From: Candidatus Multivoradales bacterium
Lineage (GTDB): Bacteria; Acidobacteriota; Thermoanaerobaculia; Multivoradales; J023
NCBI GenBank assembly: GCA_965248925.1
Contig: CBDFLE010000005.1
Span: forward strand, 960,001-1,024,000
Direction: 5' to 3'
Length of the DNA: 64,000 nucleotides
Shown one piece after another: positions 45,943 through 56,328 of the stretch. The position numbers and the translations under genes are program-made. The notes beneath the pieces are model-generated. The model had not been told where the DNA came from. It made no database searches and saw only the letters and a program-made list of their open reading frames with translations. Each line of letters opens with the position of its first letter. Position 1 is the first letter of the stretch.

Positions 45943-47439
45943 CAGCCCGTGGTGAAAGTCCCGATTACGGCCGTCTTGGCGATCTTCCCTGGTAGAATCT
46001 TTCCACCCGAGGGAGGTAGCGACCATGGCGATGGGCAGGCGAAGCAAACGAAGACAGCGGCAGCTCTGGGTGGAAACCCAGGCGCTGGCCAAGTCCCCAG
46101 GACATCCTTTCTACGAGCGTCTGTCCAAGATTCTCGACAAGCACGGTTTCGATCGCTTTATCGAGGAGCAGTGCGCGAGGTTTTACGCTACGAGGATGGG
46201 ACGGCCTTCGCTGGCGCCCGCGGTGTATTTTCGGTTGCTGTTGATCGGCTTCTTCGAGGGTATCGACTCTGAGCGAGGTATCGCATGGCGGCTTGCGGAT
46301 TCGATGACTCTGCGCGACTTTCTGGGCTTCGAACTCTCGGACCAGACCCCGGACCATTCGACGCTCTCTCGGACCCGTCGCCTGATCGATCTCGAGACCC
46401 ATGAGGCGGTGTTTGCTTGGGCTTTGCAAGTACTGGCGAAGGCTGGCTTGCTCCGGGGAAAGACGCTGGGCATCGATGCGACGACCCTCGAGGCGAACGC
46501 GGCGATGCGCAGCATCGTGCGTCGAGACTCGGGCGAGAGCTACGAAGAGTTTCTCACGCGCCTGGCCGAGGCTTCGGGTGTGGAGACCCCGACGCGAGCG
46601 GATCTGGCGCGTTTTGACCGCCAAAGGAAGAACAAAAAGACGTCGAACGGCGACTGGAAGAACCCCCACGATCCCGACGCCAAAGTCACGCGAATGAAGG
46701 ATGGGCGGACGCATCTGGCGCACAAAGCCGAGCATGCGGTGGATATGGAGACGGGTGCGGTTGTGGCGGTGACGGTGCAACCTGCAGACCGAGGGGACAC
46801 GTCGAGCCTAGAGCGGACGTTGGATGAAGTCGCTGCGGTGCTGGAAGATGTCGTTGAGGATTCGGAGGCTGGCGATCACTTGAGCGAGAAAGTCCGTTCA
46901 GAGCTGGTGGCTGACAAGGGCTATCACAGTAACGCGGTCATGAAGGCACAGCGTCAAGGGAAGATTCGAACCTATATTTCGGAACCGGATCGAGGCCGAC
47001 GCAACTGGTGCGGCAAAGAGGCGGAGAAGCAAGCGGTGTATGCCAACCGTCGACGGATCAAGGGTCGTCGAGGCCGCGAGCTGTCGCGGCGTCGAGGAGA
47101 GAAAGTAGAACGCACCTTTGCCCATTGCTACGAGACTGGCGGTATGAGAAGGACCCACCTTCGAGGTCACGACAACATCCGCAAAAGGTTGCTGATTCAC
47201 ATCGCGGGATTCAATCTTGGGCTGCTGCTTCGTCAAATGTATGGAGCCGGCACTCCACGGGCCCTTCAGGGCTTTCTTTCGGCTCTCGAACAGGGCTTTC
47301 GCGCCGTATATAGCTTGCTGAGCTGGCTTCTGCCGCACGAGAGCGGATATTGGCCACTAAGATCTTCGATCAGACCACCTGCGCCGGCTGGCCTCAATTT
47401 AGGCCACATTTTGTAGAAACGGACTTCTGCCACGGGCTG
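45943..47439 (+). mobile_element. IS5/IS1182-type insertion sequence (1497 bp)
   Basis: Terminal inverted repeats CAGCCCGTGGTGAAAGTCC / CAGCCCGTGGCAGAAGTCC (16/19); CTAG duplication at 45939-45942 and 47440-47443. Confidence 0.92.
46025..47416 (+). CDS. DDE transposase
   Basis: GRPS, PDHSTLSRTR, IDATTLEANA, VADKGYHS, VERTFAH. Confidence 0.94.
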   Translation: MAMGRRSKRRQRQLWVETQALAKSPGHPFYERLSKILDKHGFDRFIEEQCARFYATRMGRPSLAPAVYFRLLLIGFFEGIDSERGIAWRLADSMTLRDFLGFELSDQTPDHSTLSRTRRLIDLETHEAVFAWALQVLAKAGLLRGKTLGIDATTLEANAAMRSIVRRDSGESYEEFLTRLAEASGVETPTRADLARFDRQRKNKKTSNGDWKNPHDPDAKVTRMKDGRTHLAHKAEHAVDMETGAVVAVTVQPADRGDTSSLERTLDEVAAVLEDVVEDSEAGDHLSEKVRSELVADKGYHSNAVMKAQRQGKIRTYISEPDRGRRNWCGKEAEKQAVYANRRRIKGRRGRELSRRRGEKVERTFAHCYETGGMRRTHLRGHDNIRKRLLIHIAGFNLGLLLRQMYGAGTPRALQGFLSALEQGFRAVYSLLSWLLPHESGYWPLRSSIRPPAPAGLNLGHIL

Positions 47440-49371
47440 CTAGGGACCGCCCTCCGCCAGGGCTGGTGACAACGACCTGCTTTGTCGCTCAGCCTGCCAC
47501 TCGCGGGTCTTGCGCTCGAACCATTTGCGACTGCCAATCAAATCCCAATCTCGCTGCTCGTCGAACATCTCCAACGAAGCCGATAATCCGCGGTATTTGC
47601 AAAAAAGTAGCGCTACCACTTCGTCTTCTGACAGGTGAGCGTGAGCCTTCAGCTCCAACTTCTGGCCGCTGAGAGAAAAATTATTGAGCCAGATATCTTG
47701 ATCGCGAATCACCACTTCGCTGGTCGCCTCAATGTCCTCTACCGTCAGCAAGTTGCGTAGCCAGGTCGGACGGGATTTGGTGCGCTCGAAGAGAGTCACC
47801 AATGGGCTAGTATCGCTCATCTCTATCTTCAGGAGGGTCTCTAACTCCATCGCCTCCGCGAGTCGCACCGCCCCTTGCACTATTTCAATTCTGGCCCACC
47901 AAGCCGCGTTACTTGTCTCAGCCTGTCCTGCCGCCAAGCCAGCGTTGTCGATCTCCCACCGAGTGCCCGAAATATCGAACCGCCGCTCGCCGATGTGGCC
48001 GTCAGTGATCGTTGTCAACAGCTTCATATCACCCCGCACCTCGACATCTTTGAACCGCGCATCAACCGCTTTGCCGACGATCTGCAAGGCGCCATAGATC
48101 CGACTGGCCTCGGTTTCAAGATGAAGCTGCCCTTCGATTTCGCCGCTGCCGGCGAAGATCTCCATCGCCGCGCTCTGCGGCAGGAATCGGTTGTAATAGG
48201 CGAGGTGAGGAATCTGCGACTTGGGCAACTCGACGTCAACCACCAGCTCTGGAGTCGGCTCGGCCAGATCGAGTTTTTCGGTGACCACCTGCACTCTGGC
48301 ACCCGCACCGACGATGTGCGGCTGCTCAGCACCCCGCTCGCGCAGCTGGTATTTCTCGAAAACCACTGCCAATGTGCCACTGGGTCGATTCTCGACCTCG
48401 GCAACTTCGCCACGTAGTCGTGCTTGGCCTTCGATCCGGTAGTCTAGATAATCCAGCTCAACACCAGCCCATGCATGGAGATGACTATCGGGCAACAAAC
48501 GTCCATGATCTAGAGTAAGATCGATCTGCAGGGCGCCGTCGCCGCCGATAGCAATCCAAGGCGAACCGCGCAAGAAATAGTCGAGCACACTGAGATCTGC
48601 GCGCGGTGCATCGACCTGTAGCCGGCCAGAGATGAATCGCAACGCCTGCAGACCGCCGTGTTGGCGAGGAGTAAAGGGGTGAACTTGCACCCGAGCCTCG
48701 AGCCGCTCGACCTCACTAGCTTGGTCTGCGCCCTGCCAGATTTTGCCTCGCCCGAGCACCAATTGCGCCTGATCTACCCGCAAGGGACCCCGCAGCTGAA
48801 AATCCAGCTGACCGCTGAGTCGCCCTTGGCCCGCCCAGCGATGGCGTCGCAACCAGATCTCGCGCACCTCCTCCACCGCCATCCGGTCTATCGAAATCCT
48901 CCACCGCCGCCGCTTGGCTGGGGTCGCCGCCGCCGCCGGGGCTGTGGTTAAACCATCGATGGTCGGCAATGCCGGGTCAGACTCGCCCGTGACCGGCGCC
49001 GGTCGCAGGTGGAATTTCAGTCCTTTCCCCTGCAAACGCCGTAGCCGAAAGTGCTTGCGCGCCAATCCGAGGAGGCTGATCGACAATCGCCCTTGATCCA
49101 ATTGCAGCGCCCACAGTTGCTTCTTGTTCCGTGCTTTAAGTTGCAGGTCTCGAAGATGCAACCGGCCTGGAACCAACGTCCAGCCTCCGCTCCAGCTGAT
49201 CTGCATCTTGTCTGGCTTTCGGCTTACCCAGCGCGGACCGAGTGCAGGCCGCAAAAAGATATTCCCGGCCACCAGGTACAGCCCCCATAGCACTAGCAAA
49301 ACGGTGGCGAACCAACGAAGCGGCCGTGGCAGGGTCCCCTTCGGCCGCACAGCATCCTGATCGGGTTTCAC
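47440..49371 (-). CDS. Hypothetical membrane-anchored beta-rich protein (AsmA-like?)
   Basis: 643 aa, N-terminal TM helix, ATGA overlap with pabAB stop. Confidence 0.7.
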   Translation of the reverse strand: MKPDQDAVRPKGTLPRPLRWFATVLLVLWGLYLVAGNIFLRPALGPRWVSRKPDKMQISWSGGWTLVPGRLHLRDLQLKARNKKQLWALQLDQGRLSISLLGLARKHFRLRRLQGKGLKFHLRPAPVTGESDPALPTIDGLTTAPAAAATPAKRRRWRISIDRMAVEEVREIWLRRHRWAGQGRLSGQLDFQLRGPLRVDQAQLVLGRGKIWQGADQASEVERLEARVQVHPFTPRQHGGLQALRFISGRLQVDAPRADLSVLDYFLRGSPWIAIGGDGALQIDLTLDHGRLLPDSHLHAWAGVELDYLDYRIEGQARLRGEVAEVENRPSGTLAVVFEKYQLRERGAEQPHIVGAGARVQVVTEKLDLAEPTPELVVDVELPKSQIPHLAYYNRFLPQSAAMEIFAGSGEIEGQLHLETEASRIYGALQIVGKAVDARFKDVEVRGDMKLLTTITDGHIGERRFDISGTRWEIDNAGLAAGQAETSNAAWWARIEIVQGAVRLAEAMELETLLKIEMSDTSPLVTLFERTKSRPTWLRNLLTVEDIEATSEVVIRDQDIWLNNFSLSGQKLELKAHAHLSEDEVVALLFCKYRGLSASLEMFDEQRDWDLIGSRKWFERKTREWQAERQSRSLSPALAEGGP

Positions 49372-51440
49372 TTCTCGATCTTAGCAGGTAGGTCGATCGA
49401 GCCACCGAGGGCTTCGAGCAGGGGCTCGGCTTTGATCAGCATCTCAGCCAACTCGGCCTGCGGCTCGGAGAGGGCGACAATCGCCCCGCCGGTGCCGATT
49501 TCGGTGGCCGACGAACTCGCCACCGCGGTTCGAATGACAATCGCCAGATCCGCTGTGCCGCCCAAGCCAAAGAAGCCCAATGCTCCCGCGTACGGTCCCC
49601 GAGCCCGCCCCTCCAACCGCTCGAGAATCTCCATCGAGCGTCGCTTCGGCGCACCGGTCATTGAGCCTCCTGGGAAGGCCGCCCGCACACACGCCACCGC
49701 GCCCACCCCTGAGCGTAGCTGGCCCCGAACCGTCGACACCAACTGATGCACCGTGGCATAGGTCTCCACCCGCATCAACTCCGGCACCCGCACCGAGCCC
49801 AACTCGCAAACCTGCCCAAGATCGTTGCGCAGTAGGTCGACAATCATCAAGTTCTCGGCACGATCCTTGATGTCGGTCTGCAACTGCAGACGGCGCCGAC
49901 GGTCTGCTAGCGGATCGGTATGGCGAGCACGGGTGCCTTTGATCGGTTTGCTCGTCACCTGCCCCCGGCGATCGATTTGCAGAAACTGCTCAGGCGATGA
50001 GCACAGCAGTGAGAAATCACCGCAGCGCAAGAAGGACGAATAAGGCGCCGGGTTGATTCGCCGCAACCAGCGATAGCTGTCAAGCGGTCGCTCCAATGGC
50101 TCACCCAGCAGCTGATTGGTCAAACAGAGTTCGTAACTTTCCCCTTGACGAATCTCCTCCAAGCAGCTCTCGATATCAGCCAGATAGCGTTCCGCGGCCC
50201 GCGCCAACTTGAAACTTAGGACCCGGCGCGCCGGCAACCGCGGCGCTGGCGGCACCTTCTCCAGCTCACTCTCCACCTGTCGCAACCAAGCTCGATCGCA
50301 GTCTTCGCTCCCATCCTCCCCCAGCGCCAACATGTAGACACATTGTTCCTGATGGTCGAAGGCTAGCAATCGATCGGCGAAAATCAGCCACCCATCGGGC
50401 AACGCCGAGCGCTGGTGCAGGCTAGTTCCACACTCCTCTCTAAGTTCGTAACCCAAATATCCGACGAAACCCCCATTGAAATCAAAGGGTAGCTCGGGAC
50501 TGGTCATTAGCCGATCCTCAAGCCGGCGCTCGAGATAGTCGAAAATACTCTCTGAACGGCACTCCAGCCGCCCTTGCCGCTCGATTTCCAACGAACCACC
50601 AACCCGGTAGCGCAGGATCTCGGCTCGGGGCCCGGAAGCATCGCCCATGAAAGAGAACCGCGAGCGGTAGGAACTTGCCAGACTACTGTCAAGCCAGAAA
50701 GCATTAGGGCTCTGCGCATAGAACTGGCAAAACACCGCCTCGGGCTCGACAAAGTGATCCAACCGCCGCCACCGCAAACGGCTTTTCCGGCCCTGCCCCG
50801 GAGAGTGATCAGCGCCCCGAGCGAGGCCGGCCGCGACCGCCGTCCGTGATCGCCGCCCGCGGCTAGCGCCCGAGAGTTCCAAGAAATTGCTGAGGATCTG
50901 GTCGCCATGTTCGGTGGCGATCGACTCGGGATGAAACTGCACCCCCCACAAGGGCCGGCGACGGTGCCGCAGTCCCATCAGGACGCCGTCTTCGGTCCAA
51001 GCACTGCGCTGCAACTCGGCCGGTAGCTCACCGAGCACCGCCAACGAGTGATAGCGCACCACTTGCAGACCTTGAGGCAAGCCGGCGAAGAGACCCTTTC
51101 CATCATGCGACAGCGCCGACAATCGGCCATGCATCGGCTGCTCCGCGACCCCAACTTGCCCACCAAGACTCTCCGCCAGCCCCTGGCACCCCAGACAAAC
51201 CCCTAAAATGGGCACCTCCAGCTCATCGATCACCGCGGCACAGATGCCAAAGTCAGCTTGCCGGCTGGGCCGACCCGGACCGGGCGAAAGCACGATGCGA
51301 GCCGGGCGTAAGTCGACAAGCTGCTGCAACGAAAGCTGGTCGTTGCGCACCACTCGCGGTGCCGCGCCACTCAAGCGGCCGATCTGCTGATAGAGGTTGT
51401 AGGTGAAGGAGTCATAGTTGTCGATGATCAACGTGGTCAT
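49368..51440 (-). CDS. pabAB: Fused aminodeoxychorismate synthase (PabA+PabB)
   Basis: IDNYDSFTYN, GVCLG, QFHPES, KPIKGT, AENLMIVDLLRNDL, FPGGSMTGAPK. Confidence 0.93.
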   Translation of the reverse strand: MTTLIIDNYDSFTYNLYQQIGRLSGAAPRVVRNDQLSLQQLVDLRPARIVLSPGPGRPSRQADFGICAAVIDELEVPILGVCLGCQGLAESLGGQVGVAEQPMHGRLSALSHDGKGLFAGLPQGLQVVRYHSLAVLGELPAELQRSAWTEDGVLMGLRHRRRPLWGVQFHPESIATEHGDQILSNFLELSGASRGRRSRTAVAAGLARGADHSPGQGRKSRLRWRRLDHFVEPEAVFCQFYAQSPNAFWLDSSLASSYRSRFSFMGDASGPRAEILRYRVGGSLEIERQGRLECRSESIFDYLERRLEDRLMTSPELPFDFNGGFVGYLGYELREECGTSLHQRSALPDGWLIFADRLLAFDHQEQCVYMLALGEDGSEDCDRAWLRQVESELEKVPPAPRLPARRVLSFKLARAAERYLADIESCLEEIRQGESYELCLTNQLLGEPLERPLDSYRWLRRINPAPYSSFLRCGDFSLLCSSPEQFLQIDRRGQVTSKPIKGTRARHTDPLADRRRRLQLQTDIKDRAENLMIVDLLRNDLGQVCELGSVRVPELMRVETYATVHQLVSTVRGQLRSGVGAVACVRAAFPGGSMTGAPKRRSMEILERLEGRARGPYAGALGFFGLGGTADLAIVIRTAVASSSATEIGTGGAIVALSEPQAELAEMLIKAEPLLEALGGSIDLPAKIEK

Positions 51441-51946
51441 GGCGGGTGAACCTCAGACCCGGCTGGATCCAACTCCAACCCGCCAATTATCGCGCTACTG
51501 ATCTGCTCGGAAATCAATTCTAGATCGCCAAAATCGTCGTCGGTCTCGACCCACAGGTGGACCCCGTCACGGCCCCTGATCAGCTCCACCAAAACCTGGT
51601 GGGACGCCACCTCGCCACTTTCCAACCGCAGCAGCTCATCGCTCGCGGGGTCGTAGCGAAAGTCGCCCAACCGCACCGCCTCGGCCGTCGACGCCTCTGG
51701 CGACGACCACCCAGAACCGTCGGCATGGCAGGTCGCTGTGCCGAGCCGCGCTGACCTTCGACGGCGCCGCCGCGGCAAGCTCTTCGCAGCACTGCCAGTC
51801 ACCTGCCAGTGCTGCCTCGTTAAGATCGCTCTCTTAGCCGCGACAGGCCAAGGCAAAGGCTTCACTTCGCCATTCGCCCGATCAGCCACTCGCTCAAAGC
51901 AGTAGGTAGGCGGGCCAGGAGCTGGATGATCCAGCGCATCTGCCAC
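51437..51946 (-). CDS. Hypothetical protein (start uncertain)
   Basis: Fills operon gap; stop overlaps pabAB start; C-terminal half looks protein-like; ORF 5' end overlaps the SDR. Confidence 0.4.
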   Translation of the reverse strand: MADALDHPAPGPPTYCFERVADRANGEVKPLPWPVAAKRAILTRQHWQVTGSAAKSLPRRRRRRSARLGTATCHADGSGWSSPEASTAEAVRLGDFRYDPASDELLRLESGEVASHQVLVELIRGRDGVHLWVETDDDFGDLELISEQISSAIIGGLELDPAGSEVHPP

Positions 51947-52626
51947 GGAAACATGACTTCACCACGGCGTCGCTCGAGGGCGTCGGCGATATAGCGCACC
52001 GCGCGATCGGTGGGCCAGAAGAAAGGCATCGGTGCCTTGGTCTTCCGCGTCAGCTCGCTGTCGACAAAGCCTGGACAGAGAGTGGTCACGGCGATTCCGC
52101 GGCGCTTCAGCGAGACCCTCAGTGATTGCAGATGCACCCGCATCGCCGCCTTGCTGCCGCAGTAACTGGCCGAATTCGGCATGCCGAGGTAGGAGGCCAT
52201 GGAGGCCACCCCGACAATGTGACCGCTGCGCCGTTCCCAGAACCCGGGCAGCGCCCAATCGATCATCCGCAACATGCCAAAGAGGTTGATGTCGTACATC
52301 CGCTCCGCCGTGCCCGGCTTAAGTTTGGCCGGGTTTTCGGGATGGCCGTAGCCGGCATTGGCGATGATCATGTCGACGCCATCGAGTTCCCTGGCCAGGT
52401 CGTCAAGAGCCCGGCAAAGAGCCTCAGCATCAGCAACATCCGCCACTGCCCAGGCAGCCTGGCCGCCGGCTTCTTCGATTTCAGCGGCCAGTGCTTCGAG
52501 CCGCTCAGCACGCCTCGCCAGTAGCCCTACTCGCGCACCGCGGCGCGCCAACTCCCTGGCCAGCACGGCACCAATACCGGAAGAAGCACCCGAGATCAGG
52601 ATCGACTTTCCCTCAAGATAAGACAT
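51862..52626 (-). CDS. SDR-family oxidoreductase
   Basis: ISGASSGIG, ANAG, YCGSK, CPGFVDS. Confidence 0.93.
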   Translation of the reverse strand: MSYLEGKSILISGASSGIGAVLARELARRGARVGLLARRAERLEALAAEIEEAGGQAAWAVADVADAEALCRALDDLARELDGVDMIIANAGYGHPENPAKLKPGTAERMYDINLFGMLRMIDWALPGFWERRSGHIVGVASMASYLGMPNSASYCGSKAAMRVHLQSLRVSLKRRGIAVTTLCPGFVDSELTRKTKAPMPFFWPTDRAVRYIADALERRRGEVMFPWQMRWIIQLLARLPTALSEWLIGRMAK

Positions 52627-52633
52627 AAGAATC

Positions 52634-53461
52634 CTAATTGAGACCCAGCACTAGCGCCGGAACCTCCGCGGCATGAGTGGCCTCGTCCGGAAACACCACC
52701 AAGATAGTGGATGCTGCGTCGCCACCCCACTGCTCCTTCCGCAACAGCCAGGTGCGCACGAACTCAGCCACCGTATGGCGAGCCGGCTCACGGGCAAAGG
52801 CCAGATGTCGCGGATCGTTAGCCAGACCCTCCAAGCGCGGCGTCAGACTGCGCTGCAGATCCGCCAGTTGATCAGCACCGTCGAAACGCAGCCAGCCGGC
52901 GGCGACCCGTTTCTCGATTCCGTCGCTGTGAATTGCCGGCGGCAGGCTGGGGCGAATCGCCGGTGCGTAGACAATGCAAGTGCTCTGCTGGATCTCAATC
53001 CGCCACGGACCCTCGAGGAGCAGGTGATAGCGGTAGGTCACCGGTACCTTGATCTCAGAAACCGTGGTGCCGAGGGAGATCGCGTCCCACAAGATGCGCC
53101 GCTCGTCCGACCGGGTCAGGGTCTCGGTAACGCGGGCGGTAGCCACCTCCAACCGCCCCCCGCCCGCGGACTGCACCTGCGGAATGGCGGCGACGAACGA
53201 CTCGGTCATATCACCGCTCCAGAACTTCCCCGCCAGCTCCTCCGCCCCCCGAGCCGCCGCCGCGGCGACACTAGAAACCGCCCCCGCAGCTCGGTCCACC
53301 CGGGAGAAGGTATCCCGCCACAGCAAATAGGCCAGCACCATGAGGGCGATCAACACCAAGGGCCAGCGGAAGGCGACCAAAGTAGAGCGGGCCGAAGGCT
53401 GGTCAGCAGGAAGGGTCATTACCAGCGATCTTATACGCTGCTCCAAAGCCGCGCCTTGCAA
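52634..53461 (-). CDS. Hypothetical single-pass membrane protein (DUF4230-like?)
   Basis: TM helix WPLVLIALMVLAYLLW; start may be ~53419. Confidence 0.65.
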   Translation of the reverse strand: MQGAALEQRIRSLVMTLPADQPSARSTLVAFRWPLVLIALMVLAYLLWRDTFSRVDRAAGAVSSVAAAAARGAEELAGKFWSGDMTESFVAAIPQVQSAGGGRLEVATARVTETLTRSDERRILWDAISLGTTVSEIKVPVTYRYHLLLEGPWRIEIQQSTCIVYAPAIRPSLPPAIHSDGIEKRVAAGWLRFDGADQLADLQRSLTPRLEGLANDPRHLAFAREPARHTVAEFVRTWLLRKEQWGGDAASTILVVFPDEATHAAEVPALVLGLN

Positions 53462-53651
53462 CCTCAGAAGAAGGTGCCAGAATTTTCAAGTCGGACCGTG
53501 CGCAGTAGGCAACTGTCCACTTTCGCCAGCCACCTAGTAAAACTGTTCACTTCCGAACACCCACAGAATCGCCTCGCCGGCCCACCGCAGGCTCCTACCC
53601 CGCCCTATTGCCGGGACTGCCACTGCTAGAGGACTCACCCGCCCCGCTGGC

Positions 53652-53954
53652 ATGGAGCCTGCACAAGAGGGCACCATGGACCGCGAAATTCCCGCCGCCC
53701 GACAGACCCGCCAGGCTCTTGGTCGCTGGCTCAGTTGGCTGGCGGCTGCCGTGTGCCTGGGAATCGCTCTGCTCGTGCTGCGCTTCTGGATCCGGCCGAG
53801 CATGGATCGCGATGAGATTCGCACCGCGCGGGTCGAACGCGGGGCGGTGAGTGCCAGCGGCGAGGAGGGACTGGCGCTGTTGGCGCGAATCAAGCAACTG
53901 AGCCCCTTCTTCAGCACCAAAGCCCAAGGTCTTGTCGGCCCTGACTGGCTCTGA
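53652..53954 (+). pseudogene. Chimeric remnant: efflux adaptor N-terminus + receiver fragment + histidine-kinase fragment
   Basis: MDREIP...TM...IRTARVERGAV, then SGEEGLALLARIKQL, then SPFFSTKAQG identical at DNA level to 56155-56183. Confidence 0.6.
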
Positions 53955-54148
53955 AAGGCCCGATCGCCGCAACGCAGCAGCACACATCATGAAGGGCTAG
54001 CCGGAGATCTCCATTCTGATGGCAACCCAGGGTCGTCCGGTCGCCTGGCCGGAGATTCGGATCCGCTCAACCGCTTGCCGCTTGGTAATCTCGTTTCGAC
54101 GGTCGCATCGTGAAAAAGTACTGCATTCCATCAAGCAGCCAATAGCCA

Positions 54149-55615
54149 TCAACCGGCGGCACTCGATAGATCACTCTCGATCCTGTCTCTGACCAAGACC
54201 ACGTCCCACTGCCTCATTACGAGATAGTGTAGATCCGCCGGTGAGTCGAAGATGATGTTGCCTTCGTCGAACCGCATTGGGCCAAACGGCCCGCTTTCTA
54301 CTTGGTCGACGACGACGAACTGTTCGTCGCCCCGTGCGGCCATGTATGCGAGATGTGCACTGTCCGGGCTGAAACAGAGTGCGCTGCCGATAAGCACGTG
54401 ATCGGGTCTGATGCCGGCGCCGTCCAAGACCAAGAGCGGCTCCCCACTCTCTACACCTGCGTAAGCCAAACGATCACTGTTGGGAGAGAATACGGGCCGG
54501 TAAATGAAACTCGAGAATTCGTGCGCTTGCTCTCTACCGTTCAGCACGATCACCGATCTGTCGCCGATCGCCCCACCATAGTCGATTGTTCCAAGATAGA
54601 CGACTTGCCGGCTGTCAGGGCTGAACGTAAACACCGCTCCTGACGTCGGTCCGCTCGCCATGTGGTAGGACGACATGATGGTATCGACTGCGCCGAAATC
54701 TTCGCCGTCGACAAGGGCCCGCCACCGCGAGCCGTCTTTGATCCCGTAGGCGACACGTTGGCTGTCTGGGCTGAAGGCGATGCTGCCGGCCGTCGCACCG
54801 AGCGTTGCGTCATAGAGTTCGGTCTCATTGTCATCAAGGACCACCAGGTTTTTTCCTGCTTGCGCCGCCGAATAGGCAAAGCGGCTGCTGTCAGGGCTGA
54901 AGACGAGACTCGTCAGATGGATGGCTTCGTATTCTTTGTGGGTCTGGCCGTCCAGGACGACGAACATCGTAGTGCCTTCCCGTGCGACATAGGCAAAGCG
55001 ACTGCCGTCCGGACTGAAAACCGCTCCCAACGCCTCATCGTGCTCGCGTAGTGGCTTGCCATTAAGGACGATGACACAGCGCTTGTCCGACTTCACGATG
55101 TAGGCCATACCGCCACCGCTGGGGCTGAAGACCAGTTCGACCGGAGCCGCGTCGTGAGTCATTCCCTCCGTTCCGTCTATGAGCCACGAGTATCCGCGAG
55201 CGGACTTGGTCAGGACTGCGACCTGGGAGGAGTCCGGACTGAAGCGCAATGTTTCGGGAAAAAGGCGCTCGTAGCCTTGTCCTGCGCTGCCGTCGACGAC
55301 CAGGGTGAATCCAGATCGTGACTTGGAGACGTAGGCGAGCCTTTGACTGTCAGGGCTGAACGCAAGACAGCCCAGAACTTTGCCAGGTGCGGCGTCCAGG
55401 GTCGCGTCGACGCCTACTGAGTGCTTTCGATTGAACAGATTGCCATTCTTGTAGACGTAGGCGATCCGAAGACCGTCGGGGCTCGCAATGACCGATCTGG
55501 GCAGCAGCGATGACTCGTCGAGAGACATGACGGTCTGCTCGCTCTGCCGGTTTAATCTAATCATCCTCGAGGGTTCCCAAAAAGTGAAGCAGCAGTGACG
55601 GAACGGTACTGCCAA
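54149..55615 (-). CDS. WD40-like/PD40 (TolB-like) beta-propeller repeat protein
   Basis: About ten FSPDS..LAY repeats; true start possibly 55564 or later. Confidence 0.82.
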   Translation of the reverse strand: MAVPFRHCCFTFWEPSRMIRLNRQSEQTVMSLDESSLLPRSVIASPDGLRIAYVYKNGNLFNRKHSVGVDATLDAAPGKVLGCLAFSPDSQRLAYVSKSRSGFTLVVDGSAGQGYERLFPETLRFSPDSSQVAVLTKSARGYSWLIDGTEGMTHDAAPVELVFSPSGGGMAYIVKSDKRCVIVLNGKPLREHDEALGAVFSPDGSRFAYVAREGTTMFVVLDGQTHKEYEAIHLTSLVFSPDSSRFAYSAAQAGKNLVVLDDNETELYDATLGATAGSIAFSPDSQRVAYGIKDGSRWRALVDGEDFGAVDTIMSSYHMASGPTSGAVFTFSPDSRQVVYLGTIDYGGAIGDRSVIVLNGREQAHEFSSFIYRPVFSPNSDRLAYAGVESGEPLLVLDGAGIRPDHVLIGSALCFSPDSAHLAYMAARGDEQFVVVDQVESGPFGPMRFDEGNIIFDSPADLHYLVMRQWDVVLVRDRIESDLSSAAG

Positions 55616-55670
55616 CTTCGCCCCGGCCGTGTCAGTGAGACCTGCTCGCTAAGCGCGGCATCACTGTATC

Positions 55671-55901
55671 ATGGGATGTGTTCCGAAGTCTGTAGAAAAG
55701 CACCTGGGCGGAAACCTCAACGCGATCGAACTCGCCATCACCAATGCTCGGCTCGAGGGCATCAACACCGTCATCCAAGGCCTGAAGAGAGCAGCAAGGA
55801 GCTTTCGCAATCGAGAACGCTTTCGCAATGCCATCTACTTCCATCTCGGGGGTTTGGACCTCTATCCAGATTCACTCACCCACACAAGTTCCTGAAGAGC
55901 C
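55671..55901 (+). pseudogene. ISL3 transposase C-terminal remnant with right end
   Basis: ITNARLEGINTVIQGLKRAARSFRNRERFRNAIYFHLGGLDLYP followed by ...GAAGAGCC terminus at 55901. Confidence 0.8.
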
Positions 55902-56307
55902 AATAATCTTCCGCGTCCCTTGCCAAGAACATCAGGTGCGATGGATCCGCAGTGGCGACCCGCAAGTACCGCCTGTAGCTCTCGACCGCGAGCAGATCGA
56001 GCAAGTGCTGATCAATATTGTCAAGAATGCCCTCGAAGCCATTACCAACGCCGGCAGCTTGGAGATCTCCCTCACCGCCGTCGATCGGCAGGTTGATCTG
56101 CGTATCCTCGACGATGGCTGCGGTCCTGATCCCGAGACCACAGCCCAACTCTGCAGCCCCTTCTTCAGCACCAAAGCCCAAGGCCAGGGCGTCGGCCTGA
56201 CTCTGGCCAAAGAAGTGCTGCACCAGCACGGCTTCGACTTCGCCCTGCAGCCGGCACCAGACGGCCGCACTTACTTTTTGCTACGGATGCCCCTGAGCAC
56301 GCAATAG
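55902..56307 (+). pseudogene. Truncated sensor histidine kinase (HATPase_c only)
   Basis: EQVLINIVKNALEA, DDGCG, PFFSTKAQGQGVGL; no H-box or sensor region, cut at the ISL3 end. Confidence 0.8.
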
Positions 56308-56328
56308 AAATAGCGCCAGGACCAAGAA

